NCBI GenBank assembly: GCA_963836685.1
Contig: CAWIKS010000002.1
Span: forward strand, 67,137-131,136
Length of the DNA stretch: 64,000 nt
Direction of reading: 5' to 3'
Source of the DNA: an uncultured Actinomycetes bacterium
GTDB taxonomy: Bacteria > Actinomycetota > Thermoleophilia > Gaiellales > Gaiellaceae
Positions 20,407 through 30,113 of the stretch are shown one piece after another. The notes below the pieces were generated by a model that was not told the DNA's origin, searched no databases, and saw nothing but the letters and a program-made list of their open reading frames with translations. Both the position numbers and the translations under genes were made by a program. Numbering within the stretch: the first letter of the stretch is position 1; each line of letters begins with the position of its first letter.

Positions 20407-20787
20407 GTGGCGATTCGAGTCGTCCTGATCGAGGACAACGAGGTCTACCGCCAGGCGCTCGAGGTGCTGCTCCCCCTGCAGGGCGAGATCGAGATCGTCG
20501 CCTCGGAGCCCGACGGAACGCGCGCGGCCGAGATCTGCGCCGAGCTCCGCCCCGACGTCGCGCTCGTCGACTTCCGGCTGCCGGGCCTCGACGGCGTCCA
20601 GGTCACGCGCGCGGTGCACGAAGCCTCCCCGGCGGTCGCGATCGTCGCCCTCACGGCCGCAGCCGGGGTGCGCGAGATCGAGGCGATGCTCGAGGCGGGA
20701 GCGGTCGCGTCGGTCGGCAAGGACGAGTCCCTCGACACGATCGCGGATGCCGTTCGCGCCGCCGCGGCGCGCGTCGGGGCGGGCTGA
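20407..20787 (+). CDS. Stand-alone response-regulator receiver domain protein
   Basis: 3' end of ORF 18808..20787. IEDNE acidic pocket, VALVDFRLPGLDG phospho-acceptor Asp, then conserved T and K. No output domain. Confidence 0.75.
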   Translation: MAIRVVLIEDNEVYRQALEVLLPLQGEIEIVASEPDGTRAAEICAELRPDVALVDFRLPGLDGVQVTRAVHEASPAVAIVALTAAAGVREIEAMLEAGAVASVGKDESLDTIADAVRAAAARVGAG

Positions 20788-21659
20788 TGGAGCTGAACGC
20801 AGGCAACACCGCGATCGTCCTCGACTCGACCGCCGACTACCCGGAGGGCCCGGAGCGCTTCCCGGGCTGGCGCGTCGTACCGCTCTACGTCCGCTTCGGC
20901 GAGGAGAGCTTCCGCGACTACGCCGAGCTGGGGCCGCACGAGTTCTACGAGCGGCTGCGGCGGGCGTCGGAGCTGCCGACCACCTCGCAGCCGACCCCGG
21001 GGGACTTCCTGGCCGCGTACGAGGAGCTCGGCGGCTACGAGCGGATCCTCTCGCTGCACCTGCCGCTGAAGCTGTCCGGGACGGTCGAGAGCGCGCGCAC
21101 GGCGGGGGAGGAGCTCGGCGGGGGAAAGGTGCGTGCGATCGACACCGGCACCGTCTCCGCCGGGCTCGCGATGCTGGCGCTCGCCGTCCAGCGGCGCCTC
21201 GAGCGCGGGACGACCGACGAGGAGGTCGACGGCCTGGTCGAGCGATTCAAGCGGGAGAGCGGCATCGTCTGGACGGTCGACACGCTCGAGTTCCTGGCCA
21301 GGGGCGGTCGGATCGGCAAGGCGTCGGCGATGGCCGGACAGCTCCTGAACATCAAGCCGATCCTCGGGATCGAGGACGGCGAGGTCGTCCCGCGCAAACG
21401 TGTCCGGGGCGCGCACAAGGCGTTCCTCGAGTTCGCGGACGCGTTCCGGACCGGGAGCAGGGACCGTCCCTCGCTGCGGGTCGGGATCGCCCACGCCGAC
21501 GCGCCGGAGCGGCTTGAGGCCCTGCGCGAGCTGGCCGCCCGGACTCGGCCGCAGGCGCAGATCGAGGTCGAAGCGATGCTCGGCGCGGTCGTCGGCACCC
21601 ATGCCGGGCCGGGCGCCGTCGGGTTCTTCTGGTTCGACGATCCGGACGGGGAGGGCTAG
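20787..21659 (+). CDS. DegV-family fatty-acid-binding protein
   Basis: Intact 290-aa ORF with IVLDSTADYP, TSQPTPGDF and GGRIGKA motifs. Confidence 0.9.
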   Translation: MELNAGNTAIVLDSTADYPEGPERFPGWRVVPLYVRFGEESFRDYAELGPHEFYERLRRASELPTTSQPTPGDFLAAYEELGGYERILSLHLPLKLSGTVESARTAGEELGGGKVRAIDTGTVSAGLAMLALAVQRRLERGTTDEEVDGLVERFKRESGIVWTVDTLEFLARGGRIGKASAMAGQLLNIKPILGIEDGEVVPRKRVRGAHKAFLEFADAFRTGSRDRPSLRVGIAHADAPERLEALRELAARTRPQAQIEVEAMLGAVVGTHAGPGAVGFFWFDDPDGEG

Positions 21660-21868
21660 TCGTCCTGCTCGCGCCCGGGTGCGGGCGTCGGCGGCGGGGT
21701 GGGCGCAGGCCCCGGCTGGAGGCTCACCAGTGGGCTGAGCTTCCCGACCGGGTCATTTCGCGGCTGCGCGTAACCGAGCAGCGCCAGGTTGAGCAGGATC
21801 GCCGCCGCCGCGGCGGCGGCGACCACGACGACGAGGAGGGCGACCCTCAGGCTGCGGCGTGATCCCAC
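21656..21868 (-). CDS. Hypothetical small membrane protein
   Basis: 70-aa ORF with one hydrophobic helix (LLVVVVAAAAAAAILLNLALL) and a Pro-rich tail. Last gene of the minus-strand operon. Confidence 0.4.
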   Translation of the reverse strand: MGSRRSLRVALLVVVVAAAAAAAILLNLALLGYAQPRNDPVGKLSPLVSLQPGPAPTPPPTPAPGREQDD

Positions 21869-22897
21869 AGTGTCGAGGCTAGCTCACGTCGCAACCGGCC
21901 GACCTCGTGCGGGCGGTTGACGAGCAGCGCGGCGACCAGGCGCCCCCGCCGGTCGAGGTAGCGCGCACGCAGCGAGTCGAGACCTCCGTCGAGCTCGACG
22001 GTCGCCGCGCCCCGCGCGTCGCCGACGTGCTGGAGACGGAGGCCGAGCTGGTCCGACCAGAAGTACGGCACGTCCTCGTACGGACGCTCGCTCGCCCAGG
22101 ATCGCCCTGGCGACGGCCGCTCCCTGCCCGGCTGCAGCCGTCCAGTGGCCCGTGCCGGTGACGTCGCCGCACGCGTAGATGCCGGGAACCGGCGTCCGTC
22201 CGCACGAATCGGCAACGACGCTGCCGTCGCGGCGGAGCGGAACGAGACCCCGGAGCCAGCGCGTCGCCGGTCGGACGCCGACGGCGTCGAGGACGACGCC
22301 CACCGGCTCCGTTCCCCGCGGTGCGAGCCGAACGCCGTGATCGAGGTGCCGCCGGGCGAGAAGAGCGGCGACCTCGGGCCCGAGGAGGCCCTCGAGTGGT
22401 GGGTCGCCGACCAGCATGACCTCGACGCCGAGCGAGGCAGCCGTCGCGGCGGCCTCGGTGCCGACAAGCCCCGTGCCGACGACGGTCAGCCGTCGCCCGC
22501 GGTCGAGCGCGGCCCGGAGCCTCGTGGCGTCCGTCAGCGTCCGCAGGCGGTGACGTCCCAGGCCGAGGCCGCGTGCACTCGCACCGGTGGCCACCACCAG
22601 CGCGTCCCAGTGGAGGACGCCGCCGTTCGCGGTCCGGGCGGTGCGGCCGAGGATCCGGGTGATCCGTGTTCCGGTCATGAGCTCGATCCCCCGCTCCGCC
22701 CAGCTCGCCGCCGGCCGGAGCGCGAGGCTTTCGGCGTCGCGTGTCCCGGCGAGCAGCTCCTTCGAGACGGCAGGCCGCTCGTACGGCGCGGTCGGCTCCT
22801 CTCCGACGAGGGTGATCCGGCCGTCGTAGCCCTCTGCGCGGAGGGTCTCGGCGCAGCGGGCGCCGGCGAGCCCGGCGCCTGCGATCAGGATGGTCAT
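21847..22897 (-). CDS. FAD-dependent ferredoxin-NAD(P)+ reductase, one apparent frameshift
   Basis: ORF 21884..22897 begins MTILIAGAGLAGARCAETLR and contains ACGDV. The Reductase_C-like end PYFWSDQLGLRLQHVG is in the frame of ORF 21847..22467. Shift near 22095 (GAGCGAGC repeat). Confidence 0.85.
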
Positions 22898-23106
22898 TGG
22901 AGCTCTTCTCCGGTGTCGGCGTCGTGGACGGTGATTGCGGCCATCGGGCAGCCTCGGGCTGCGTCGAGTGCGCGCCGGTCGTGGTCGTACTGGCGTGCGG
23001 CGGCGGTGCCGTCGTCGCCGAGGACGAACGAGTCGGGGGCGGTGTCGATGCAGGAGGCGAAGCCGCTACAGAGCGACCGGTCGATCTCGATGCGGTAGTG
23101 GGGCAC
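22894..23106 (-). CDS. Small single-cluster ferredoxin (3Fe-4S/4Fe-4S type)
   Basis: 70-aa ORF with C..F/G..C...CP cysteine pattern. Start overlaps the upstream gene and stop overlaps the reductase start. Confidence 0.85.
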   Translation of the reverse strand: MPHYRIEIDRSLCSGFASCIDTAPDSFVLGDDGTAAARQYDHDRRALDAARGCPMAAITVHDADTGEELQ

Positions 23107-23632
23107 GGGTTGTTCCTCCTTTGGTGAGTAGCCGCCAGGTGGTGAGGGCGCAGACGGCGGCGAGGGAGCCGGTGTAGAAACCGAATGCCCATCTGTCGGT
23201 ACCGGCGGTGAGTCCGTGGGCGGTGGCGGCGGCGAAGACGGCGAAGGTGAGGTAGTGGAGTCGACGCCAGTTGCGGACGCCGATCCGGAGGCGGAAGCGG
23301 AACGAGAGGTAGATGACCAGCATCAGCTCGGCGGCGAGGACACCGATTCCGGTCGCGAGCGGCCGGTAGGGGCTGAGGCCGGGGACGAGCAGGGCGGCGA
23401 GCGGGAGGCGGACGGTCTGGTCGAGGGTGAGAGTGAGTCCGTGGAGGGCGATCGCGCCCAGCGCGAGTAGCGAGACGAAGCGGTGCAGGTCGATGGTCGG
23501 CCCGGTCCTGATCCGCGGCCCGAGCGGCCGCGACTTGGCGGTCAGCCCGGCGAGCACGGCGACGGAGAGAAGCGCGTAGGCGGTCAGGCCGCTCGCCCGC
23601 GCCAGCAGCCAGAACGTCGGATCGCTCTTCAC
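23066..23632 (-). CDS. Ferric-reductase-like transmembrane domain protein (MsrQ/YedZ-like)
   Basis: 188-aa polytopic ORF with conserved His in TM helices (DLHRF, ALHG, TAHG). The GTG start overlaps the apbE stop. Confidence 0.8.
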   Translation of the reverse strand: MKSDPTFWLLARASGLTAYALLSVAVLAGLTAKSRPLGPRIRTGPTIDLHRFVSLLALGAIALHGLTLTLDQTVRLPLAALLVPGLSPYRPLATGIGVLAAELMLVIYLSFRFRLRIGVRNWRRLHYLTFAVFAAATAHGLTAGTDRWAFGFYTGSLAAVCALTTWRLLTKGGTTRAPLPHRDRPVAL

Positions 23633-24455
23633 GCCAGGCCTCCCGTCAGGACCGTGCGCCCGTCCGTCGTGACGAGCACGGACGGGGTCGCCGGCGAGGC
23701 GCCGAGGAAGACCGCTTTGGCGAGCACCTCCGCGGCGACCGCCGTCTCGGCGACGACGGTGACACGAAGGAATTCGCCCTCGGCCGGCGCGCCCGTGACC
23801 GGATCGATCAGATGGTGAGACTCATTGCCGTTCCGCCGCCAGCGGCGGCGGTCGCGGCCGGAAGTGGCGATCGCGCCGTCCTCCAGTCCCAGCGTGATCT
23901 CTCCCTCGGCGGTCTCGACGCCGACGGGCCAGAGCCGGCCGCTGCCGACGAGGTCGCCGCCCGCGTTGACGAGGCACGGGCCGGCTTCCGCGAGAATCGT
24001 CGCCGCCCGGTCGACGGCATAGCCCTTGGCGATCCCACCGAGGTCGAGCCGGTAGCCGGGCTCGAGCTCGATCCGCCGGCCGCTGATGTGCACCTCGCCG
24101 CCGCAGGCCTGGGGCTCACCGGCGCCTCCCCGTCCGGTAGGAGCTCGTCGAAGGTGCGGTCGTATCCGGCCGCGACGAGCGCGTCGTGCACGGTCGGGTC
24201 GAACAGCCCGCCGGTCCGGTCGCGCGCCTCGATCGCCAGCCGCGTCACCGCGACCAGATCGGGGCCGGCCTCGAGAGCGCCGGAGCGGTTGAGCGCCGAG
24301 AGCTCCGAGCCGGGACGGAAGCGCGAGAGGAGCTCCTCCAGCCGCTCGAACTCGCGCTCCGTCCAGGCGAGGGCGAGCCCGCTCCCGGCGCTCGGTTCGG
24401 CATCCAGCAGGAGCTCGACCTGCGTGCCCATGGCGGGGAAGGTGCGCCGTTGCAT
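23629..24455 (-). CDS. apbE: FAD:protein FMN transferase (ApbE family), one apparent frameshift
   Basis: N-terminus MQRRTFPAMGTQVELLL...SELSALN..G is in the frame of ORF 23808..24755. The C-terminal half (GGIAKGYAVD...SGRDRRRW...HHLIDPVTG) is in ORF 23629..24093. Shift near 24115. Confidence 0.85.
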
Positions 24456-24841
24456 CAGGAGGTCCTCGTGATCGTCAGCGGCGGCAGCGTGACGACGCGG
24501 ACGGAGGGGGCGGTCGCGGTCGGACCGGCCGGCGACGCCGCCCGAGCCGACGCAAGCGACGCTCGTTGCGCCTTCGCGTTCGCACCCTTGATCGCGGCGA
24601 TCTCCTGCCTGCGCACGGCGAGCTGGGCGCGGTAGACGGCCCAGCGCTTGTCGACCACGCGCTTGACGGCGAGGGCCTCGGCGCGCAGCCGCTGCTCGCG
24701 CAGCTGGAGCGCGGCCACCCGCGGGTCCTGGGCGGCGGCCTTCCTCGACTGCCACGGATGGGCGGCGATCGCTGCCCAGGCGAGGAAGAAGACGAGAACG
24801 GCCGCGGCCAGCGCGTACAGGCGGACGGTGTGGTTAGTCAT
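24455..24841 (-). CDS. Hypothetical membrane-anchored coiled-coil protein
   Basis: 128-aa ORF with an N-terminal TM helix, then a charged helical region. Its stop overlaps the apbE start (ATGA). Confidence 0.5.
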   Translation of the reverse strand: MTNHTVRLYALAAAVLVFFLAWAAIAAHPWQSRKAAAQDPRVAALQLREQRLRAEALAVKRVVDKRWAVYRAQLAVRRQEIAAIKGANAKAQRASLASARAASPAGPTATAPSVRVVTLPPLTITRTS

Positions 24842-25244
24842 CGAAACCGCCTCCGCCCTCGTGCTGCGATCCGCCCTCGGCCTCGTGCTCGCCCTCGCCG
24901 CTTCCGGCCCGGTGGACGTGGCGGACGATCGGTGCCGGTCTCACGTAGACGACCCGCTGGCCGGCCGACGGCTGCGCCGGGGCGCTGATCGGCGCGCCGG
25001 ACGCGGCCGTGGCCGCGGTCTTGGGCAGCGGCGGGAGCTTCGGCGGCCGCTGACTCAACGCCTTCCGCAGTGCGGCCTCCGTCCGGTCGAGCGCCTTCGT
25101 TCGCTGGACGATCGCGGCCGATGTCGTCGTCGGCCGGGCGGCGGCGGGATGGCCGAGCTGAACCGTCTTCGTTGCGGCGACGGTTCCGGCGATCGCGGCG
25201 ATGCCGACTGCGAGCGAGATCGAGAGTGCGTGCCTTCTGTTCAT
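24834..25244 (-). CDS. Hypothetical secreted protein with His/Glu/Gly-rich tail
   Basis: 136-aa ORF with signal-peptide-like N-terminus and C-terminal HVHRAGSGEGEHEAEGGSQHEGGGG. First gene of the operon. Confidence 0.5.
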   Translation of the reverse strand: MNRRHALSISLAVGIAAIAGTVAATKTVQLGHPAAARPTTTSAAIVQRTKALDRTEAALRKALSQRPPKLPPLPKTAATAASGAPISAPAQPSAGQRVVYVRPAPIVRHVHRAGSGEGEHEAEGGSQHEGGGGFDD

Positions 25245-25390
25245 GCCGGCCTCCGTTCGGTTGACTGATGCGACGGTAGGCCGGGGGCGGTTAGGCGCTG
25301 GACAGCCCGCGGCGAGGATTCGCCAAGGGCCCGGTAAAGGTTCGGAAAAGCCCGGATGCCCGTTCCGGAGGCCGGTGCGACGATGGGGAC

Positions 25391-26044
25391 GTGAAGATCC
25401 TGGTCGTCGAGGACGAAGACGCGATCGCCGAGCCGCTCGCCGAAGGCCTGCGCCGCGAAGGGCTCGAGGTCGAGCGGGCGGCGACAGGGCAGGAGGCGCT
25501 CGACGCGGACGAGCCCGACCTGGTCTTGCTCGATCTCCGCCTGCCGGACCTCGACGGGCTCGAGGTTTGCCGCCGGCTGCGAGAGCGGTCGCGGGTGCCG
25601 ATCATCGTCGTCACCGCCAGAGGTGAGGAGGTCGACCGGGTCGTCGGCCTCGAGCTCGGAGCCGACGACTACCTGGTCAAGCCCTACGGTCTCCGGGAGC
25701 TGATCGCCCGGATCCGTGCGGTGATGCGCCGGCTCGAGCCGCGCGGATCCCGGGACGCGCCGATGCGGGTCGACGGCCTCGAAGTCGACCGGCGTGCCCG
25801 GCGCGCGATGCTCGACGGCCGCGAGCTGTCGCTCACGCCGCGCGAGTTCGACCTGCTCGCCCTGCTCGCCTCCGAGCCGGGCGCCGCGTTCAGCCGCAGC
25901 AGGATCTTCGAGGAGGTCTGGGAGACGCGCTGGTTCGGGTCGCCGAAGACGATCGACGTGCACGTGGCCGCGCTGCGGAGGAAGCTCGGCGACGCGGGCT
26001 GGATCGAGACCGTGCGCGGCGTCGGCTTTCGCCTGCGCGGCTGA
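25391..26044 (+). CDS. OmpR/PhoB-family response regulator
   Basis: 217-aa ORF with receiver (VVEDE...LLDLRLPDLDG...DDYLVKP) plus winged-helix output (LTPREFDLL...TVRGVGFRL). Confidence 0.92.
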   Translation: MKILVVEDEDAIAEPLAEGLRREGLEVERAATGQEALDADEPDLVLLDLRLPDLDGLEVCRRLRERSRVPIIVVTARGEEVDRVVGLELGADDYLVKPYGLRELIARIRAVMRRLEPRGSRDAPMRVDGLEVDRRARRAMLDGRELSLTPREFDLLALLASEPGAAFSRSRIFEEVWETRWFGSPKTIDVHVAALRRKLGDAGWIETVRGVGFRLRG

Positions 26045-27357
26045 TGACCCGCCGGCTGCTGCTGAGCTACCTGAGCCTGACGCTACTCGTGCTCGCGGCG
26101 CTCGAGGTGCCCCTCGGCGTCACGTACGCCCGCAACGAGCGCGGCGACCTCGAGTCGAAGGTGGAACGCGATGCGGTGACGATCGCCTCGCTCTCCGAAG
26201 GCGTGCTCGAGGGGACGGGGGAGACGTCCGCTTCGGGACTGGCCGCGATCGCGCGCCGCTACCGCGCGGACACGGGAGGCCGCGTGGTCGTCGTCGACCG
26301 GAGGGGCATCGCGGTCGTCGACTCGAACCCGATTCCGGGGGATTCGAGCTTCGGGAGCAGGCCGGAGATCGCGACTGCGCTCGCGGGCCGGGTCGCCTCC
26401 GGGACGCGTCACTCGAACACGCTCGGCGCCGACCTGCTCTACGTCGCCGTCCCGGTCGCCTCCGCCGGGAAGATCCTCGGCGCGGCGCGGATCACGTATC
26501 CGACCTCGACGGTCGACCGCCGCGTGCGCCGCTACTGGCTGACGCTCGCCGCGATCGCCGGGATCGTGCTCGCCGGCGTCTCGCTGCTCGGCCTCTGGGT
26601 CGCCCGGAGCGTGTCCCGACCGCTCCGCGGCCTCGAGGCCGCCGCGGCCTCGGTCGGAGCCGGGCAGCTCGACGTGCGGGCGCCCGAAGAGGGGCCGGAC
26701 GAGGTGCGTCGGCTGGCGCGCGAGTTCAACTCGACGGCGGCGAAGCTCCAGCAGCTGCTCGAGTCGCAGCAGGCATTCGTCGCCGACGCCTCGCACGAGC
26801 TGCGAACACCGCTGACCGCTTTGCGCCTCCGGCTGGAGAACATCGGCACCGAGCAGGCCGGGCGCGCGCTCGCAGAGACCGACCGGCTGGCCCGGCTCGT
26901 CGAGGGCCTGCTGTCGCTTGCGAGGGCGGACGCCGGGACGGCGGCGAGCGAGCGGGTGGACGTGGACGCGGTCCTGTCCGACCGGCTCGCGCTCTGGAAC
27001 GGGGTGACCGCGACCGGGGAGCGCGGCCTGACCGTGCGGAGCACGCCGGACCGGCTCGGCCAGATCGTGGACAACCTGGTCGCGAACGCGGTCGCCGTCT
27101 CGGACGACGTCACCGTGTCGGCGCGCCGGGCCGGCGAGTGGGTCGAGCTCCACGTCGTCGACCGGGGCCCCGGGCTCGGCGATGAGGAACGGAGGCGCGC
27201 GTTCGACCGCTTCTGGCGCGGGCGCGGGACGCGTGAAGGGTCCGGACTGGGGCTGGCGATCGTCCGGCGCCTGGCGGCCGCGGACGGCGGCGAGGCGGAG
27301 CTCCGGGAGGCGGCGGGCGGCGGGATCGACGCGATCGTTCGGCTGCACGCGGCGTAG
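26044..27357 (+). CDS. Sensor histidine kinase (HAMP, HisKA, HATPase_c)
   Basis: 437-aa ORF with H-box SHELRTPLTAL and G-boxes DRGPGL and GSGLGLAIV. The ATG overlaps the regulator stop. Confidence 0.9.
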   Translation: MTRRLLLSYLSLTLLVLAALEVPLGVTYARNERGDLESKVERDAVTIASLSEGVLEGTGETSASGLAAIARRYRADTGGRVVVVDRRGIAVVDSNPIPGDSSFGSRPEIATALAGRVASGTRHSNTLGADLLYVAVPVASAGKILGAARITYPTSTVDRRVRRYWLTLAAIAGIVLAGVSLLGLWVARSVSRPLRGLEAAAASVGAGQLDVRAPEEGPDEVRRLAREFNSTAAKLQQLLESQQAFVADASHELRTPLTALRLRLENIGTEQAGRALAETDRLARLVEGLLSLARADAGTAASERVDVDAVLSDRLALWNGVTATGERGLTVRSTPDRLGQIVDNLVANAVAVSDDVTVSARRAGEWVELHVVDRGPGLGDEERRRAFDRFWRGRGTREGSGLGLAIVRRLAAADGGEAELREAAGGGIDAIVRLHAA

Positions 27358-27391
27358 GTCCCGCCGGGCCCCTCCCTATACTCGAATCGAG

Positions 27392-29458
27392 GTGACGCGC
27401 CCGACGGGCTTCGCCAGTCTGGACCGACCCGAGGGCTGGCCCCGCCTGCGGGGCGAGCCGCGGCCCGAACGGCTCGAGGCTCCGCTCGACTCGCTCCCCG
27501 GGATCGGTCCGAGGATCGCAGCCCGGCTCCGCAAGCTCGGCCTCGGCACCGTCCGCGACCTGCTCGAGCACCGCCCCCGCGACTACCAGCGCGCCGTCGG
27601 CGAGAGCCGCATCGTGGATCTCTTCGGCGAGCAGGAGGCGGTGATCGTCGGCGAGGTGCGGAGCGTCGCCTTGCGGCGGACCCGCCGCCGGTTGACCGTG
27701 CTGAAGGCGACGGTCGCGGACGAGAGCGGCTCGATCCCGGCGGTCTGGTTCAACCAGGACTGGCTCGTCGACAAGCTCCAGCCGGGAACGCGGGTGCGGT
27801 TGCGCGGCCAGCTCCGGCGCAACGAGTTCGCCGTTCGCTCGTACGACCTGAACGGCGCCGCGTCGACCGGCGACCTCGCCCCGATCTACCCCGCAGGGGA
27901 GGAGATCACGCCGCCGCGGATGCGGGCGCTGGCCGACCAGGCGCTCGCCCTGGTCGCGAACATGCCCGACCCGCTGCCGGCGGCGGTCAAGCACCGCGAG
28001 CGGCTGCCGCAGCGAGCGGACGCGTTCCATGCGCTCCATCGTCCGCGCACGCCGGAGGAGGCCGAGACCGGCCGGCGGCGCCTGGCCTTCGACGAGCTCC
28101 TGCTGCTCCAGCTCGCGCTCGCGCGGCGAAACCGAGAGCGCGGGCGTGAGGTCGCACCGGCGCTCGCCGGCCCGGGCGAGCTGATCCGCCGCTACCGGGA
28201 GCGACTGCCGTTCCGGCTCACGCCGCACCAGGAGCGCGTGATCGAGGAGCTCGACCGCGACCTCGCGCGGGAGGTGCCGATGCAGCGGCTGCTCCAGGGC
28301 GACGTCGGCTCCGGCAAGACCGCCGTCGCGCTGTACGCGCTGCTCCGCGCGGTCGAGAAGGGCTTCCAGGGCGTCCTGATGGCGCCGACCGAGACCCTCG
28401 CCGAGCAGCACTTCCTCACCGTCGAGGAGCTCTGCGGCGACCTCGGCGTCGGCGTCGGGCTGCTGACCAGCTCCGCCGGGAAACGCAGGCGGGCCGCGGC
28501 CCGCGACGCTGCGATCCTGATCGGCACGCACGCCCTGATCCAGGAGGGGGTCGAGGTCGACCGGCTCGCGGTCGCGGTCGTGGACGAGCAGCACCGGTTC
28601 GGGGTCGAGCAGCGCGCGGCACTCGCCGAGGGGCGCTCGCCGCACGTCCTGCACATGACCGCGACTCCGATTCCCCGCACGCTCGCGCTGACGGTGTACG
28701 GCGATCTCGCCGTCAGCGAGATCGCGAAGCCGCCGGCGTCGAGGAAGCCGATCGTGACGCGCTGGATCCCGGAAGAGCGAGCGCCGGAGGCCTACCGGCG
28801 GCTGACCCGGCTGCTTCGCGAGGGCCGGCAGGCGTACGTCGTCTGCCCGCTGATCGAGGAGTCGGAGACCTCGCGTGCCCGGGCGGCCGAGCAGGAGGCC
28901 CGCCGGCTGAGCCGGGCAGAGCTGAAGGGCTTCCGGATCGGCTGCCTGCACGGGAGGCTGAAGCCCGCCGATCGCCGCGGGCTGATGGCCCGCTTCAAGG
29001 CGCACGACCTCGATGTCCTGGTCGCGACGACGGTGATCGAGGTCGGCGTCGACGTTCCGAACGCGACCGTGATGATCGTTCAGGAAGCCGATCGCTTCGG
29101 GCTGGCCCAGCTGCACCAGCTGCGCGGCCGGGTCGGGCGCGGGGCCGAGCAGTCGTTCTGCCTGCTCGTCTCGCGCCCGAAAGAGGATCTGACGGAGGCC
29201 GCCGTCCGCCGGCTCGAGGCGCTGGTCGGGACGACCGACGGCTTCGAGCTCGCCGACGTCGATCTCGAGCTGCGCGGCGAGGGGCAGCTGCTCGGCACCA
29301 GGCAGTCCGGCCTCTCCGACCTGCGGTTCACGAAGTTGCGGGCGGACCGGCCGCTGCTGGAGCGCGCCCGGGCGGCCGCGCAGCAGCTGCTCGACCACGA
29401 GGGCCCGCTCGACGACGAGCTGGCCGCGTTCTTCCCCGAGCAGGGCTTGGCCGTCTAG
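27392..29458 (+). CDS. recG: ATP-dependent DNA helicase RecG
   Basis: 3' 688 codons of ORF 27182..29458. Contains wedge domain, Walker A GDVGSGKT, DEQHRFG and QLHQLRGRVGRG. Confidence 0.92.
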   Translation: MTRPTGFASLDRPEGWPRLRGEPRPERLEAPLDSLPGIGPRIAARLRKLGLGTVRDLLEHRPRDYQRAVGESRIVDLFGEQEAVIVGEVRSVALRRTRRRLTVLKATVADESGSIPAVWFNQDWLVDKLQPGTRVRLRGQLRRNEFAVRSYDLNGAASTGDLAPIYPAGEEITPPRMRALADQALALVANMPDPLPAAVKHRERLPQRADAFHALHRPRTPEEAETGRRRLAFDELLLLQLALARRNRERGREVAPALAGPGELIRRYRERLPFRLTPHQERVIEELDRDLAREVPMQRLLQGDVGSGKTAVALYALLRAVEKGFQGVLMAPTETLAEQHFLTVEELCGDLGVGVGLLTSSAGKRRRAAARDAAILIGTHALIQEGVEVDRLAVAVVDEQHRFGVEQRAALAEGRSPHVLHMTATPIPRTLALTVYGDLAVSEIAKPPASRKPIVTRWIPEERAPEAYRRLTRLLREGRQAYVVCPLIEESETSRARAAEQEARRLSRAELKGFRIGCLHGRLKPADRRGLMARFKAHDLDVLVATTVIEVGVDVPNATVMIVQEADRFGLAQLHQLRGRVGRGAEQSFCLLVSRPKEDLTEAAVRRLEALVGTTDGFELADVDLELRGEGQLLGTRQSGLSDLRFTKLRADRPLLERARAAAQQLLDHEGPLDDELAAFFPEQGLAV

Positions 29459-29506
29459 GACATGTCAGGGGTCTGACCCCGGCCATGTCCGACGTAGCCT
29501 TCGCCC

Positions 29507-30048
29507 GTGCGGATCATCGCGGGCAGCCGCAAGGGGGCACGGATCTTCGCCCCGAGGGGCCTCGACACGCGGCCGACCTCCGACCGGGTCCGCGAGGCTG
29601 CGTTCAACCTGGTCGGCCCGGTCGTGGGTGCCTCCGTCCTCGATCTCTTCGCCGGCTCCGGGGCGATGGGCCTCGAGGCGCTCTCCAGGGGAGCCGTCTC
29701 CGCCGTGTTCGTCGAGTCCGACCGTGACGCCTGCCGGACGATCGAGCGGAACCTGGAGAAGCTGAAGCTCACCGGCGCCCGCGTACTCTGCCGGGACGCG
29801 CTCCAGGCTCTTGCGACCGACACGGGAAGGTACGACCTCGTCCTCTGCGACCCGCCCTACGGATTCGCCGACCACGCCCGGCTCGGCCCGTACCTGGCCC
29901 GCGCCCTGGCCCGGACGGGCTGCTCGTCTACGAGACGGGCGCGAAGCAGCAACCGGAGATCGACGCCCTGACCGTCCGCACCTCGCGCACGTACGGCTCC
30001 GCACGCCTTACGCTGTTCGAGGCGATCTCGCTTGCGCGAGACGGTTAG
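29507..30048 (+). CDS. rsmD: 16S rRNA (guanine966-N2)-methyltransferase, one apparent frameshift
   Basis: MRIIAGSRKG..RPTSDRVREA.FN..., DLFAGSGAMGLEA and DPPY motifs. The C-terminus DGLLVYETG...RTYGSARLTLF is in another frame, stop TAG 30046-30048. Shift near 29910. Confidence 0.85.
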
Positions 30049-30113
30049 GAAGACATGAACACGTCCGACGCCAGATTCCCTGACCATTTCCCGACCGGAG
30101 GGAGGGAAATGGC

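Noticed and set aside
29459-29506. Short palindromes (GACATGTC, GGGGTC-T-GACCCC) between recG and rsmD as a regulatory site
   Set aside because: They are too short and cannot form a stable hairpin (1-nt loop). There is no supporting context.
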